Assembly: GCA_963665815.1 (NCBI GenBank)
Contig: OY762463.1
Location: 1,472,001 to 1,536,000 of the forward strand
Length of the DNA stretch: 64,000 nucleotides
Direction of reading: 5' to 3'
Origin: Candidatus Cloacimonadales bacterium
Lineage (GTDB): Bacteria > Cloacimonadota > Cloacimonadia > Cloacimonadales > JAIOQZ01
The translations under genes were made by a program, and so were the position numbers. Shown here one piece after another: positions 50,944 through 61,090 of this stretch. The notes under the pieces were generated by a model. It had not been told where the DNA came from, made no database searches, and worked only from the letters and a program-made list of their open reading frames with translations. Positions within the stretch are counted from its first letter, which is position 1, and the number at the start of each line of letters is the position of its first letter.

Positions 50944-51711
50944 ATGGATCTTGCAACAGTCATTGGTCTGAGTCTTGGTTTAATGCTTGTTTTTGTTCCA
51001 ATCCTCATTTCCGGAATGATAGCATCATTTATTGATGTCGGTTCCATTATGATTGTGATTGGCGGAGCTATTTCAGCTGTAATAACATCATATCCGCTTA
51101 ATGACTTTCTTGCAATGGGCAAAATTATGAAAAACGCTTTTTTCACATCACAGGAAGACATCACAAAAAAAGTTGATCTTCTTACCGATCTTGGCGAAAA
51201 AGCCAGACGAGAAGGTATACTCGCTCTGGAAAGAGAGCTGAAAGGTATTGATGATGATTTTATGAAAAAAGCTATTCAACTTGCTGTTGACGGAAATGAA
51301 GTGGAAGTTATTGAAACTGTGATGGGAACTGAAATCGAATATATTGAGGCGAGGCACAAAACAGGGAAAGAAATGATGGATGCTATGGGCTTTTTTGCTC
51401 CTGCATTCGGTATGATAGGTACACTCGTTGGACTTATTCAAATGCTTCAAGCACTTGATGATCCATCAAACATTGGTGCCGGTATGTCAGTCGCACTCAT
51501 TACAACTTTCTATGGATCACTTGTTGCCAATGTGATTTTTATACCCCTTGCAAATAAACTTGATTTCAGATCAAAAGAAGAAGTACTCATGAAGAACCTC
51601 ATTATTGTAGGTATTCTTTCGATACAGTCGGGAGACAACCCCAGAGTACTGAGAGATAAGCTTGAAACATTCATAGCTCCTAAACTCAGGAAAGGTTCAG
51701 AATCTCAATAA
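50944..51711 (+). CDS. motA: Flagellar stator subunit A
   Basis: 'ARREGILALE', 'APAFGMIGTLVGLI', 'ALITTFYG'. Confidence 0.95.
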   Translation: MDLATVIGLSLGLMLVFVPILISGMIASFIDVGSIMIVIGGAISAVITSYPLNDFLAMGKIMKNAFFTSQEDITKKVDLLTDLGEKARREGILALERELKGIDDDFMKKAIQLAVDGNEVEVIETVMGTEIEYIEARHKTGKEMMDAMGFFAPAFGMIGTLVGLIQMLQALDDPSNIGAGMSVALITTFYGSLVANVIFIPLANKLDFRSKEEVLMKNLIIVGILSIQSGDNPRVLRDKLETFIAPKLRKGSESQ

Positions 51712-51721
51712 AGGATAAATA

Positions 51722-52477
51722 ATGGCTAAGAAAAAGAAATGTCCGGAATGCCCACCAGAAGGTGCTCCATCGTATATGCTTACGTATGGAGACATGATGA
51801 CACTTCTTGTTACATTCTTCGTACTGCTTATTTCTTACTCATCGATGAATGAGGTTAAGTTCAAAAAAGCCATGACATCCCTTAAAGGAGCTCTTGGAGT
51901 ACTCAAAGCAGAACAGGGTGCCAGAGTTATTTCTGACCCGGTTCCAATGTATGAGTTTCGTCCTAATGATTTCAACTTCAAGGTTGAACAGCTGATCAAA
52001 CAGATTGAGGAAATCACTGAAAAATCCGGAACCCACGAAATGATCCGTGTCGAAAGATCCAAAGATCAGATAAGATTCAGTATATCGAATCCAATGCTTT
52101 ATAACTCAGGTTCTTCTTCTTTGAAGAGCCAGTCTGATGAAGTTCTTGAACAGATTGCCAAAATACTTGCAATGGTTCCATTTGATGTGAGGGTAGAAGG
52201 TCATACGGATAATATTCCGATACATACTGCCAAGTATCCATCAAACTGGGAATTGTCAAATGCCAGAGCACTTGCAGTTGTGAAGAAATTCATCCAACTA
52301 GGAATAAATCCAAGTCGTTTTCAGGCAATTGGTTTTGCTGAATTCAGACCGGTTGCAACAAACAGCACTTCTGCCGGTCGATCACAGAACAGACGGGTTG
52401 AGATTTATGTAAACCTCAAACAGGAAACTACTGATTCTTCCATAGACCTGAATTTACCAGATTTTTTAAAAGAATAA
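51722..52477 (+). CDS. motB: Flagellar stator subunit B
   Basis: 'TYGDMMTLLVTFFVLL'; OmpA-like 'EGHTD...NWELS..RA...NRRVEI'. Confidence 0.95.
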   Translation: MAKKKKCPECPPEGAPSYMLTYGDMMTLLVTFFVLLISYSSMNEVKFKKAMTSLKGALGVLKAEQGARVISDPVPMYEFRPNDFNFKVEQLIKQIEEITEKSGTHEMIRVERSKDQIRFSISNPMLYNSGSSSLKSQSDEVLEQIAKILAMVPFDVRVEGHTDNIPIHTAKYPSNWELSNARALAVVKKFIQLGINPSRFQAIGFAEFRPVATNSTSAGRSQNRRVEIYVNLKQETTDSSIDLNLPDFLKE

Positions 52478-52488
52478 ATGGAGATTTT

Positions 52489-53034
52489 ATGACTCAGAAA
52501 GGAAATGTACAAAATATTATTATCATTGCTTTAACAATCATTGTATCTGTTTTATTAACCTATATTCTCATGACTCAGGTTTTCTTCAAGAAAGAGTTAA
52601 ACCATATTAAAGAAATTAACTCAAAGATTGAAGATAAACAGAAGAAAGAGGAAGAAAAAGACAAAAAAGACGGAGAAACAGGCGACCCTACCGGTAATGA
52701 GAACTATGAAGAGACCTATGCTGTTCTCAACCTTGAAGCCTTTACAGACATGATTGTAAATCCTGTTTCAAATGATGGTCCAAATCGATTGTTAATGATA
52801 TCTATTGCATTTGAGTATAAATTAGAAGATAAAAAACTTCCGGCTGAAATAGATCTTAAGATTCCTATAATGAAGAGTGAAGTCAACACAATACTTGCTT
52901 CCCAAAGCTTTGATGTGCTGGGTAATGCAGCGTTCAGACCTAAACTTCAGAAAATGGTGAAAGATAAGATTAATAAAATGCTTACCAAAGGACAGATTAC
53001 ACGTGTATTTTTCACTCAATTCGTTCTTCAATAA
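52489..53034 (+). CDS. fliL: Flagellar basal-body associated protein FliL
   Basis: N-terminal TM; C-terminal 'ITRVFFTQFVLQ'; position in the operon. Confidence 0.85.
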   Translation: MTQKGNVQNIIIIALTIIVSVLLTYILMTQVFFKKELNHIKEINSKIEDKQKKEEEKDKKDGETGDPTGNENYEETYAVLNLEAFTDMIVNPVSNDGPNRLLMISIAFEYKLEDKKLPAEIDLKIPIMKSEVNTILASQSFDVLGNAAFRPKLQKMVKDKINKMLTKGQITRVFFTQFVLQ

Positions 53035-53062
53035 GAGCGTATTGAAAAGGTACATAGAATAA

Positions 53063-54061
53063 ATGAGTAAACTACTTACACAAGAAGAAATTGATGCCCT
53101 GTTATCGCAGGAACACGGTGAAGAGAAACAGCCGAAGAATGTCCTTCAGCAGAAAGAACTGAGACTCTATGATTTTAGACGACCTGAACGGGTCTCTAAA
53201 GATCAGATAAAAATCTTAAGGAATATCCATGAGATTTTTGCCAGACTGCTTTCTCCCTACCTTTCCAATACACTGCGTACAATGGTAGATGTCAAAAGTC
53301 CGGTAATTGATCAGGTAACATATCTTGAATTCACAATGTCCGCTTCAGATTATACTAATATGTATATTTTCGAAGTTGAAAAACTCGATGGACAGGCGAT
53401 TCTTGACATTGATCCTGACCTCACCTACTTCGTTGTCGACAGGCTTTTCGGGGGAACCGGAGCAACTCTTGTCAGACGAAATGACATTCAGGATCTCAGC
53501 GAGATAGAAAGATCAGTTCTCAAATCTATAGCAGAGAAAATTCTTGAGCATTTCAGAGAAGCCTGGCAGCAGATTGACGATCTTAAATGCAGCATCAATA
53601 CTTTTGAGACAAACCCTCAGCTTGTGACAATTGCACCATCCAGTGAAACAATGATTGTTCTGAATTTTCCTGTAGCCGCAAGAAGCTTTGAATTCACTAT
53701 TCTTCTCTGTTTCCCTTACTTCATGCTTGAGCCTGTTTTGAAAAAACTTCTCAGCCAGAATTACATGGCCCTTCTTAAAAAGGAAACAACAGAAGAAGAC
53801 TACCTCAGTATTCAACATACTATTGAACAAACTTCTGTTACATGCAATGTTAATCTCGGGGAAAGTGAGATTTCAGTAAATGACTTTCTGGAACTTCAGG
53901 AAGGAAACATCATTTTGTTGAATAAGAATATAAACGATAGTATCACTGCTTATGTCGAAGGAAAACCCAGATTTTCCGGTACTATAGGTAAACATAAAAA
54001 ATCAATGGCATTTCAGATCCAAAACATAACTGATCAAGAGGGAGAAATTATCCATGAGTAA
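53063..54061 (+). CDS. fliM: Flagellar motor switch protein FliM
   Basis: 'LLTQEEIDALL', 'YDFRRPERVSKDQI', 'ETNPQ'. Confidence 0.95.
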   Translation: MSKLLTQEEIDALLSQEHGEEKQPKNVLQQKELRLYDFRRPERVSKDQIKILRNIHEIFARLLSPYLSNTLRTMVDVKSPVIDQVTYLEFTMSASDYTNMYIFEVEKLDGQAILDIDPDLTYFVVDRLFGGTGATLVRRNDIQDLSEIERSVLKSIAEKILEHFREAWQQIDDLKCSINTFETNPQLVTIAPSSETMIVLNFPVAARSFEFTILLCFPYFMLEPVLKKLLSQNYMALLKKETTEEDYLSIQHTIEQTSVTCNVNLGESEISVNDFLELQEGNIILLNKNINDSITAYVEGKPRFSGTIGKHKKSMAFQIQNITDQEGEIIHE

Positions 54062-55043
54062 TCCAACTAATATAAACAAACTTATAGACATGTTCATTGG
54101 TAATGCAAATGGTGTATTGACCACAATTACCAACACTGAACTAAATATAGAACGACAGAACATTGAAAGTTTTAACTTTGACAATATTTCTTCCGCTTTT
54201 GAACTTCCCGGAGTGCTGTTAACAATAAATTTCTCCGGAGATCAAAACTTTCAGGTTCTGTATATTATGCCTAAAAAACTTGCTGCTGTTCTTTCAGATC
54301 TTATGATGCTGGGAGATGGACAAGTTGATTATAATCCTGAAGAGCATAATGATGCTATCCAGGAAATGTATAACCAGATCTTGGGCAGTATGGCTTCAGA
54401 AATTTCCGGAATTGGTGTCAGCCTTACCGGAACAATCACTCAAGTAGAATTGACAGATATGGAGATTCAGAAAGATTTTCTCGAAGACAATCAAATGATG
54501 AGGCTGAATATCAGTATTATCGGTGAATCTTTCCCAATGTTTGTATTCTTTGACAACTTTGCAGGAGACTCTATTGATAATCTGTTCCAGAATGATGGAG
54601 CAGGAAGTCAAGGAGAAGCTGAGTTTAATATGGCTGATATTGGATTAACAGCTGCCCCTCAGCAAACAGAGCAAATGAACAATTTTTCCGCCCCACCGGC
54701 TCAGGAACAACCTGCAATTCCGGTTTCCAGAGCTTCTTTCTCAACTTTGGAAGACACAAAACTTTCACCTAATGCTGCAGTTAACATAGACATGCTCTAT
54801 GATATCATGCTTCCAATAACAGTAGAACTGGGACGCAAGGATATGAAAATCAAGGAAATTCTTGAAATGGGTCAGGGATCCGTTATCGAGCTTGATAAAA
54901 CTGCCGGAGATTATGTTGATCTGATAGTTAACGGTAAGAAATTTGCTATTGGTGAAGTAATGGTTGCTGATGAAAATTATGCTGTAAGAATTGTAAGTCT
55001 GGTATCTCGTAAGGACAGAATAAAAACTCTGGGTAGACAATGA
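54054..55043 (+). CDS. fliY: Flagellar switch protein FliY/FliN (CheC-like N-terminus plus SpoA domain)
   Basis: 'AIQEMYNQILGS'; C-terminal 'ITVELGR...GQGSVIELDK...GEVMV.DENYAVRI'. Confidence 0.8.
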   Translation: MSNPTNINKLIDMFIGNANGVLTTITNTELNIERQNIESFNFDNISSAFELPGVLLTINFSGDQNFQVLYIMPKKLAAVLSDLMMLGDGQVDYNPEEHNDAIQEMYNQILGSMASEISGIGVSLTGTITQVELTDMEIQKDFLEDNQMMRLNISIIGESFPMFVFFDNFAGDSIDNLFQNDGAGSQGEAEFNMADIGLTAAPQQTEQMNNFSAPPAQEQPAIPVSRASFSTLEDTKLSPNAAVNIDMLYDIMLPITVELGRKDMKIKEILEMGQGSVIELDKTAGDYVDLIVNGKKFAIGEVMVADENYAVRIVSLVSRKDRIKTLGRQ

Positions 55044-55549
55044 GAAAACTACTGTTAATTGCTGTTCTCTTCAGTGCTTTTACTCATTTGACATGTGTGA
55101 ATCTTGAAGACTCAACACAATTTAACAGAATATTTGAAATTTCAGACAGTTCTGATACCGGAAAGTCTCAGGATATTCCCGAAGTTCACGGTTTGAATGC
55201 CATGCAGTATGTTGGTGCTCTATTTATTATCGCCTTGTTAATTTACATTTTTTATAAAGTTTCCAGAAAGATGTCTTTAACTGGCAAAGCACTGTCAAAT
55301 CTTGATAAAAACGCAAAAGTAATTGACATTATTCATATAGGAAATAAACAATATATTTATCTGGTTTACCTTCTGGATGAGATAAGCGTTCTTGGTGTTT
55401 CCACCGGTAACATTCAACTTCTGTATCAGATTAAGGATGAAACAAAAATCAGGGAAATACTTGATAAGAAAAAAGAAACCGCTGAAAATTCATTCAGCTA
55501 TAAATTATCAGAAAAACTGATTAAAAGAAAGAATAATGAAAAAAGTTAG
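55040..55549 (+). CDS. fliO: Flagellar biogenesis protein FliO
   Basis: TM segment plus 'VIDIIHIG.KQYIYLV...VLGVS.GNIQLL'; located before fliP. Confidence 0.75.
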   Translation: MRKLLLIAVLFSAFTHLTCVNLEDSTQFNRIFEISDSSDTGKSQDIPEVHGLNAMQYVGALFIIALLIYIFYKVSRKMSLTGKALSNLDKNAKVIDIIHIGNKQYIYLVYLLDEISVLGVSTGNIQLLYQIKDETKIREILDKKKETAENSFSYKLSEKLIKRKNNEKS

Positions 55550-56279
55550 TAGACTGTTAATAATATTATTTCTATTGTCTCTTGTATGTCTGATCAACGC
55601 TCAGACAGTTCCGTCGATAACTCTTGGAGTGGAAGAAGCAAGTAACCCTAAAGATGTCGCTGTATCACTACAGATACTTTTACTTATAACCGTACTGTCT
55701 CTTGCACCGTCTATTCTGATTTTAATGACGTCTTTCACAAGAATAACTATTGTTCTCAGTATGGTAAGAAAAGCAGTTGGTACTCAGAGCACTCCATCGA
55801 ATCAGATTATTGTAGCTCTTTCCCTGTTTCTGACATTTTTTGTTATGGCTCCAGTCTTTAAGAATATCAATGATACCGCACTTCAACCATATCTGAAGTC
55901 TGAACTTACTCATCAGGAAGCATTTGAGAAAGGGGTTAAACCTCTGAGAGAATTCATGCTAAAGCAGACCAGAGAGAAAGACCTTGCATTAATGGTAAAT
56001 AATGCCAGACTGGAAAAGCCGGAATCGCCTGATGATCTGCCACTGCATGTAATCGTACCTGCTTTTGCAATCAGTGAAATACGCCTTGCGTTTCAAATGG
56101 GTTTCCTTCTTTATCTTCCTTTCCTTATGATTGATATGATTATTGCAAGTATTCTCATGTCCATGGGTATGATGATGCTGCCGCCACCAATGATTTCAGC
56201 CCCATTCAAGATCCTTCTCTTCGTTTTAGTTGATGGCTGGTATATTGTCATTGAATCACTTATAAGAAGTTTTTACTAA
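55536..56279 (+). CDS. fliP: Flagellar export gate FliP
   Basis: 'MTSFTRI', 'PAFAISE', 'MGMMMLPP..IS.PFK.LLFVLVDGW'. Confidence 0.97.
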   Translation: MKKVSRLLIILFLLSLVCLINAQTVPSITLGVEEASNPKDVAVSLQILLLITVLSLAPSILILMTSFTRITIVLSMVRKAVGTQSTPSNQIIVALSLFLTFFVMAPVFKNINDTALQPYLKSELTHQEAFEKGVKPLREFMLKQTREKDLALMVNNARLEKPESPDDLPLHVIVPAFAISEIRLAFQMGFLLYLPFLMIDMIIASILMSMGMMMLPPPMISAPFKILLFVLVDGWYIVIESLIRSFY

Positions 56280-56288
56280 GGATTTGTT

Positions 56289-56555
56289 ATGACTCAGGAA
56301 TTAGTTATTGAAGTAGCAGCAAGAACACTATATTATACAGGCATTATTGCCGCTCCCATCCTTATAACAGGACTTGTAGTCGGTCTTCTTGTTTCTATTT
56401 TTCAAACTGTAACCCAGATCAGGGAAATGACTCTTACATTCATTCCCAAAATAACAGCAGTTATGTTGATTGTACTGTTAACAATCCCCTGGATGGTAAA
56501 TAAGTTCATTGAATACGTAAACTATATCAGAAGCATTCTGGAATCACTAAGTTAA
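56289..56555 (+). CDS. fliQ: Flagellar export gate FliQ
   Basis: 'VSIFQTVTQIREMTLTFIPK'. Confidence 0.96.
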   Translation: MTQELVIEVAARTLYYTGIIAAPILITGLVVGLLVSIFQTVTQIREMTLTFIPKITAVMLIVLLTIPWMVNKFIEYVNYIRSILESLS

Positions 56556-56557
56556 AA

Positions 56558-57346
56558 ATGTTTGAGTTCCTTGGCTTTACAACTGTTGAGTTTGAACACC
56601 TCTTACTTATTGGAGTTAGAATTTCTGCACTTCTCCTTACACTTCCCCTGTTTTCTGCTCCTTTGGTTACACCCAGGATCAGAATTGTAATCAGTATTTG
56701 TCTTGCAATTATTGTATTCCAGATTGTTCCTGCCCCCGATAATCTCCCCGTAGATATTATGTTGCTGGGGTTCTTTGCTGCTCAGGAACTTATGATTGGA
56801 CTTCTGATGGGTTTTACTGCTACAATACTGTTTGAATCTCTCAAACTATCCGGCTTCATGATAGGTCGTATGATGAGTCTTTCCATGATGACACTCATAG
56901 ACCCGACAACATCTGAAAATTCTCAGTTGATTGGTCAGTTAAAATACTATGTAGCTATGCTGCTTCTTTTCACATTTTATGGGCATCACTTCTTCCTACA
57001 GACAATTTTTGACAGTTTCTACTTCATGCCTGTAACAAAAATCCATTACAGTGCAAGTTTCCTGCCTGAATTTCTGAAGATGTTTTCCTACATCTTTGTA
57101 GCAGGGATAAAAATAGGTGCTCCTATATTTGCTGCATTGTTTCTTGAGAGAGTTCTACTGGCATTGTTTGCCAAAGTCACTCCTGAAATCCAGATTTTAA
57201 TTGTAGCAATGCCTCTCGCTATTTTGATAGGTTTCTACTTCCTTTCAATATACTGGCCGTACTTCTCCTATATATTCCTCAAAATTTTTAACAGTTTTAA
57301 ACTGGACTATCTGGAATTATTCAAATTACTTGGTACTCAGAGGTAA
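56558..57346 (+). CDS. fliR: Flagellar export gate FliR
   Basis: Hydrophobic; 'R.SA...P.FS', 'ELMIG..MG', 'DP', 'GHH'. Confidence 0.9.
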   Translation: MFEFLGFTTVEFEHLLLIGVRISALLLTLPLFSAPLVTPRIRIVISICLAIIVFQIVPAPDNLPVDIMLLGFFAAQELMIGLLMGFTATILFESLKLSGFMIGRMMSLSMMTLIDPTTSENSQLIGQLKYYVAMLLLFTFYGHHFFLQTIFDSFYFMPVTKIHYSASFLPEFLKMFSYIFVAGIKIGAPIFAALFLERVLLALFAKVTPEIQILIVAMPLAILIGFYFLSIYWPYFSYIFLKIFNSFKLDYLELFKLLGTQR

Positions 57347-57348
57347 CT

Positions 57349-57603
57349 ATGAAAAGATTTGGACGATTTGAGCTAATCATAATAGGATTACTTGTATTGT
57401 TTATTGTATTCAAGTTCATAAGTCTTGTAATAGGCTTATCTTTCGGAATATTAAGTTTAGCTTTCAGATATTGGTATATAACTATTCCGGTAATACTAAT
57501 ATTTTACTACTTCAGCAGAAAAAATAAAAGAATTTCACACTCCGGAAACAAACCGGAAAGCCGGGATGAAATTATTGTTGAACTAAAAAAAGATAAGGAA
57601 TAA
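57349..57603 (+). CDS. Small membrane hypothetical protein
   Basis: 84 aa with a hydrophobic N-terminus, tightly spaced after fliR, GAGG RBS. Confidence 0.6.
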   Translation: MKRFGRFELIIIGLLVLFIVFKFISLVIGLSFGILSLAFRYWYITIPVILIFYYFSRKNKRISHSGNKPESRDEIIVELKKDKE

Positions 57604-57616
57604 CTAAGGGTAGGAG

Positions 57617-57952
57617 ATGAGGATTATTTCACTCATAATACTCGCTGCTGTTTTTCTTGTTGAAAACATTCTTGATGCACATTCAACATATCTTGTTGTT
57701 AGTAACACATCAATAAAATCTGAGAAAAATCCAGTTGCCAGATTCCTTTTCTGTAGATTCGGACTTATTAAAGGAATGATAATTCTGAAATCAATTATCG
57801 TAATTGTGCTGATACTTATATTCTTTGTATATCCCTTTACTAATCTTGAGCTTCACATTATCCTCAGTATAAGTATTTTCCTGTATCTGCTCGTTGTACT
57901 TAACAACTACCGAATTTATATAAAACTAAAAAAGCAGAAGATTAGCAAATAA
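57617..57952 (+). CDS. Membrane hypothetical protein (DUF5658-like)
   Basis: 'D..ST...E.NP.AR' pattern with TM helices; AGGAG RBS. Confidence 0.55.
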   Translation: MRIISLIILAAVFLVENILDAHSTYLVVSNTSIKSEKNPVARFLFCRFGLIKGMIILKSIIVIVLILIFFVYPFTNLELHIILSISIFLYLLVVLNNYRIYIKLKKQKISK

Positions 57953-58012
57953 TGCTGGACATATTTACTGTTAAGGCATCATTGACTAAAATACTTCCTA
58001 TGGAGATTTCTG

Positions 58013-58804
58013 ATGTACGATAAACTGCTGAACAGCAAAAACTTTTTCCTGATCGCCGGTCCATGTGTTGTTGAAGACGAATCTTTAATGATGCACACTG
58101 CTGAAACACTTAAAAAAACTTGTAATGATCGTGACATTACACTCATTTTTAAAGCATCCTACCTTAAAGCAAACAGAACTTCTGTGACATCATTTTCAGG
58201 TCCCGGATTGCAGGATGGTTTGAAACTTCTTGATAAAATCAAGCATGAATTCCAATTACCAATACTGACTGATGTACATGAATCAAATGAAGTTCAATCT
58301 GTCAGTCAAGTGGCTGATATTATTCAGATTCCTGCATTTCTCAGCAGACAGACTATTCTTATCCGTGAAGCAGCGAAAAGCGGAAAAATCATTAACATTA
58401 AAAAGGGGCAGTTTATGGCTCCTGAAAATATGAAAGCAGCAACAGAAAAAGTAACCGCAGAAAACAATTATAAAATCCTCGTTACTGAAAGAGGAACAAT
58501 GTTTGGCTATCAAAATCTGATTGTTGACTTTCGAAGTTTTGCATCTCTGCATAGCTTGAGATTTCCAGTTGTTTTTGATGTTACTCACAGTTTGCAGAAA
58601 CCATCTATAAATCAGATTTCCGGTGGATCTCCCGAATATGCACCCATGATGGCAAAAGCGGCTCTGGCAACAGGTTATGTTAATGGATTGTTTATTGAGA
58701 CTCATCCTGCACCTATGGATGCTCTCAGTGATTCCGCAAGTATGATACAGTTAGGTACTCTTCCGGACCTGCTTGATCAATGTATACGAGTATATCAGAA
58801 ATAG
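58013..58804 (+). CDS. kdsA: KDO 8-phosphate synthase
   Basis: 'IAGPCVVE', 'KASYLKANRTS', 'QIPAFLSRQT', 'KKGQF', 'FDVTHS'. Confidence 0.96.
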   Translation: MYDKLLNSKNFFLIAGPCVVEDESLMMHTAETLKKTCNDRDITLIFKASYLKANRTSVTSFSGPGLQDGLKLLDKIKHEFQLPILTDVHESNEVQSVSQVADIIQIPAFLSRQTILIREAAKSGKIINIKKGQFMAPENMKAATEKVTAENNYKILVTERGTMFGYQNLIVDFRSFASLHSLRFPVVFDVTHSLQKPSINQISGGSPEYAPMMAKAALATGYVNGLFIETHPAPMDALSDSASMIQLGTLPDLLDQCIRVYQK

Positions 58805-59061
58805 TGAACATTCATATTAGCAATGATTAAGAAAACCGAATGATTTATTATGAATTTGTTATTTAACAAAGAGGTTAATACATCTCTATGTGATATAATT
58901 TTTGCGGTAAAAATGATGCTTTCAGGATAATATATTATTATTACTAATACAATTCTTCCATTTTGATATCCTGGAACGTAGATGTTGCATTGTTAAACGA
59001 TGTTATTTTACAAGTAAAAACTTGACATTGGATTGACATTTTTTGTGTATGAAAATAAAAA

Positions 59062-59478
59062 ATGATTGAATTTATAAAAAAAAATAAAGAGTTGGTCGTT
59101 CAAGCGTTAAAATATTTTATAGCAAGTTTTGTTGCTTTGGGTTTTGATGCTGGTGGGTTATATATACTCACGGAGTGGATTAATCTTTACTACCTTATTG
59201 CAGCCGTAATCTCTTTCACCATAGGTCTTGTAGTAATATACTTTATATCAATTTTCTGGGTTTTTCCTCGGAATTGTGATGTAAACAGAGCAAAAGAGTT
59301 TTTAATATTTTGTATTATTGGTGTAATGGGATTAGGTGTGAATATTGCAGTATTGTGGTTATTCACTAGCGTTTTTGGATTTTATTATATGATTTCCAAA
59401 GGCTTTGCTGCAATAATAGGATTCATGTGGAACTTCATATTAAGAAAATTTATTTTATTTTCTAAAGGAACCAGGTAA
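59062..59478 (+). CDS. GtrA family flippase-like protein
   Basis: Four TM segments; 'KYFI', 'WVF', '[11 protein letters not shown]'. Confidence 0.85.
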   Translation: MIEFIKKNKELVVQALKYFIASFVALGFDAGGLYILTEWINLYYLIAAVISFTIGLVVIYFISIFWVFPRNCDVNRAKEFLIFCIIGVMGLGVNIAVLWLFTSVFGFYYMISKGFAAIIGFMWNFILRKFILFSKGTR

Positions 59479-59480
59479 TA

Positions 59481-61046
59481 ATGAAGAAGAAGATAGTTGT
59501 CATCGGAGCAGGTCCTGCAGGACTGACTGCAGCTCATGAATTGCAAAACAAAGGTGATTATGATATTGTTATTCTTGAGGCTACCAATAAAATTGGGGGG
59601 ATCAGTCAAACTGCTAAGCATAAAGGCAACAGAATGGATATTGGAGGACATCGTTTTTTTACAAAGTCTGACAGAGTGATGAAGTGGTGGTTAGATAAAT
59701 TTCCTATTCAGGGAAAACCTGCATATGATGATATTAAACTAAACAGAGATATCCCACTTTCGAAAGCTGAAGATGCACCTGATCCTGCTGTTGATGACCG
59801 TGTAATGCTGTATAGAAACAGAATATCCAGAATTTATTTCATGAAAACCTTTTTTAACTATCCAATAACACTGAATATGGACACAATCAAGAAGCTTGGA
59901 ATAGTTAAAATGATGAAAATCGGGTTCTCTTATTTCTGGATCAAACTTTTTCCTAAAAAAGAAATATCTCTTGAAGAGTTTTTTATCAACAGGTTTGGCA
60001 AGGAACTTTATCTTACATTTTTCAAAAATTACACCGAAAAAGTTTGGGGAATTCCATGTTCTGAAATAGAACCAAGCTGGGGATCTCAGCGTATTAAAGG
60101 ACTATCAATAACTAAGCTTATATCCCATTTCTTCAGACAAAAATTCACCACCCGAAAAAACATTGAGCAAAAAGACACTGAAACAAGCTTAATAGAACAG
60201 TTTCTATACCCTAAACATGGTCCCGGAAGCCTTTGGGAGGCAGTAGCTGAAGACATTGAAAATGAAGGAGCAAAAATTATCATGGAAAGTCAGGTTACCG
60301 GACTTTCTCTGGAGAACGGTGATATTAAGAAAATTCGATACAAAAAATCTGATGGCTCTGAATCTGAAATTGAAGCGGATATTGTAGTATCATCAATGCC
60401 AGTGCGTGACCTCATTGATTCCCTCGGTTCAGTTGTGCCTGAAGATGTTAAAAAAGTATCTGATGGAATCTTGTATCGCGATTTCATGACTTGCGGTATT
60501 TTGCTCAAAAAACTTAAAATAAAAAATGAATCAGGTATAAATACTATAAATAATCTGGTTCCAGATAACTGGATATATATTCAAGAACCAGAAGTAAAAA
60601 TCGGCAGATTGCAGATATTCAATAATTGGAGTCCTTATATGCCTGAAGATATAAACAATGTTTGGATAGGAACCGAATATTTCTGTGAAGAAGGTGATGA
60701 GCTCTGGTCTAAGTCAGATAATGATTTTGCTGAGTTTGCAATTAGTGAGTGCAAGAAGATAAACGTAATTGCCCCCGAAGATGTTATTGACCATTGTGTT
60801 ATTAGAGTAAAAAAAGCTTATCCAGCGTACTTCGGTACATATAAGTCTTTTCATGTCATCAGAGAATACCTTGACACAATAAAGAATCTGTATCCCGTAG
60901 GAAGAAATGGGATGCACAGATACAATAATCAGGATCACTCTATGCTTACTTCCATGAATGCAGCTGACTTGATAAGTATCGGGTCATATGACAAAACCAG
61001 TCTTTGGGAAGTGAACGCAGAAGAAGACTACCACGAAAGTAAATAA
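59481..61046 (+). CDS. FAD-dependent oxidoreductase (UDP-galactopyranose mutase/HemY-like superfamily)
   Basis: 'VIGAGPAGL', 'DIGGHRFF', 'AYP.Y', '[15 protein letters not shown]'. Confidence 0.88.
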   Translation: MKKKIVVIGAGPAGLTAAHELQNKGDYDIVILEATNKIGGISQTAKHKGNRMDIGGHRFFTKSDRVMKWWLDKFPIQGKPAYDDIKLNRDIPLSKAEDAPDPAVDDRVMLYRNRISRIYFMKTFFNYPITLNMDTIKKLGIVKMMKIGFSYFWIKLFPKKEISLEEFFINRFGKELYLTFFKNYTEKVWGIPCSEIEPSWGSQRIKGLSITKLISHFFRQKFTTRKNIEQKDTETSLIEQFLYPKHGPGSLWEAVAEDIENEGAKIIMESQVTGLSLENGDIKKIRYKKSDGSESEIEADIVVSSMPVRDLIDSLGSVVPEDVKKVSDGILYRDFMTCGILLKKLKIKNESGINTINNLVPDNWIYIQEPEVKIGRLQIFNNWSPYMPEDINNVWIGTEYFCEEGDELWSKSDNDFAEFAISECKKINVIAPEDVIDHCVIRVKKAYPAYFGTYKSFHVIREYLDTIKNLYPVGRNGMHRYNNQDHSMLTSMNAADLISIGSYDKTSLWEVNAEEDYHESK

Positions 61047-61090
61047 ATGCATATTATTCCTGATTCCCTTGAACTGCATCTGGAGACTGA

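Noticed and set aside
58855-58870. tttgttatttaacaaa as a Rex operator
   Set aside because: Half-site spacing is too short for the 18-bp Rex site, and AT-rich palindromes arise easily by chance.
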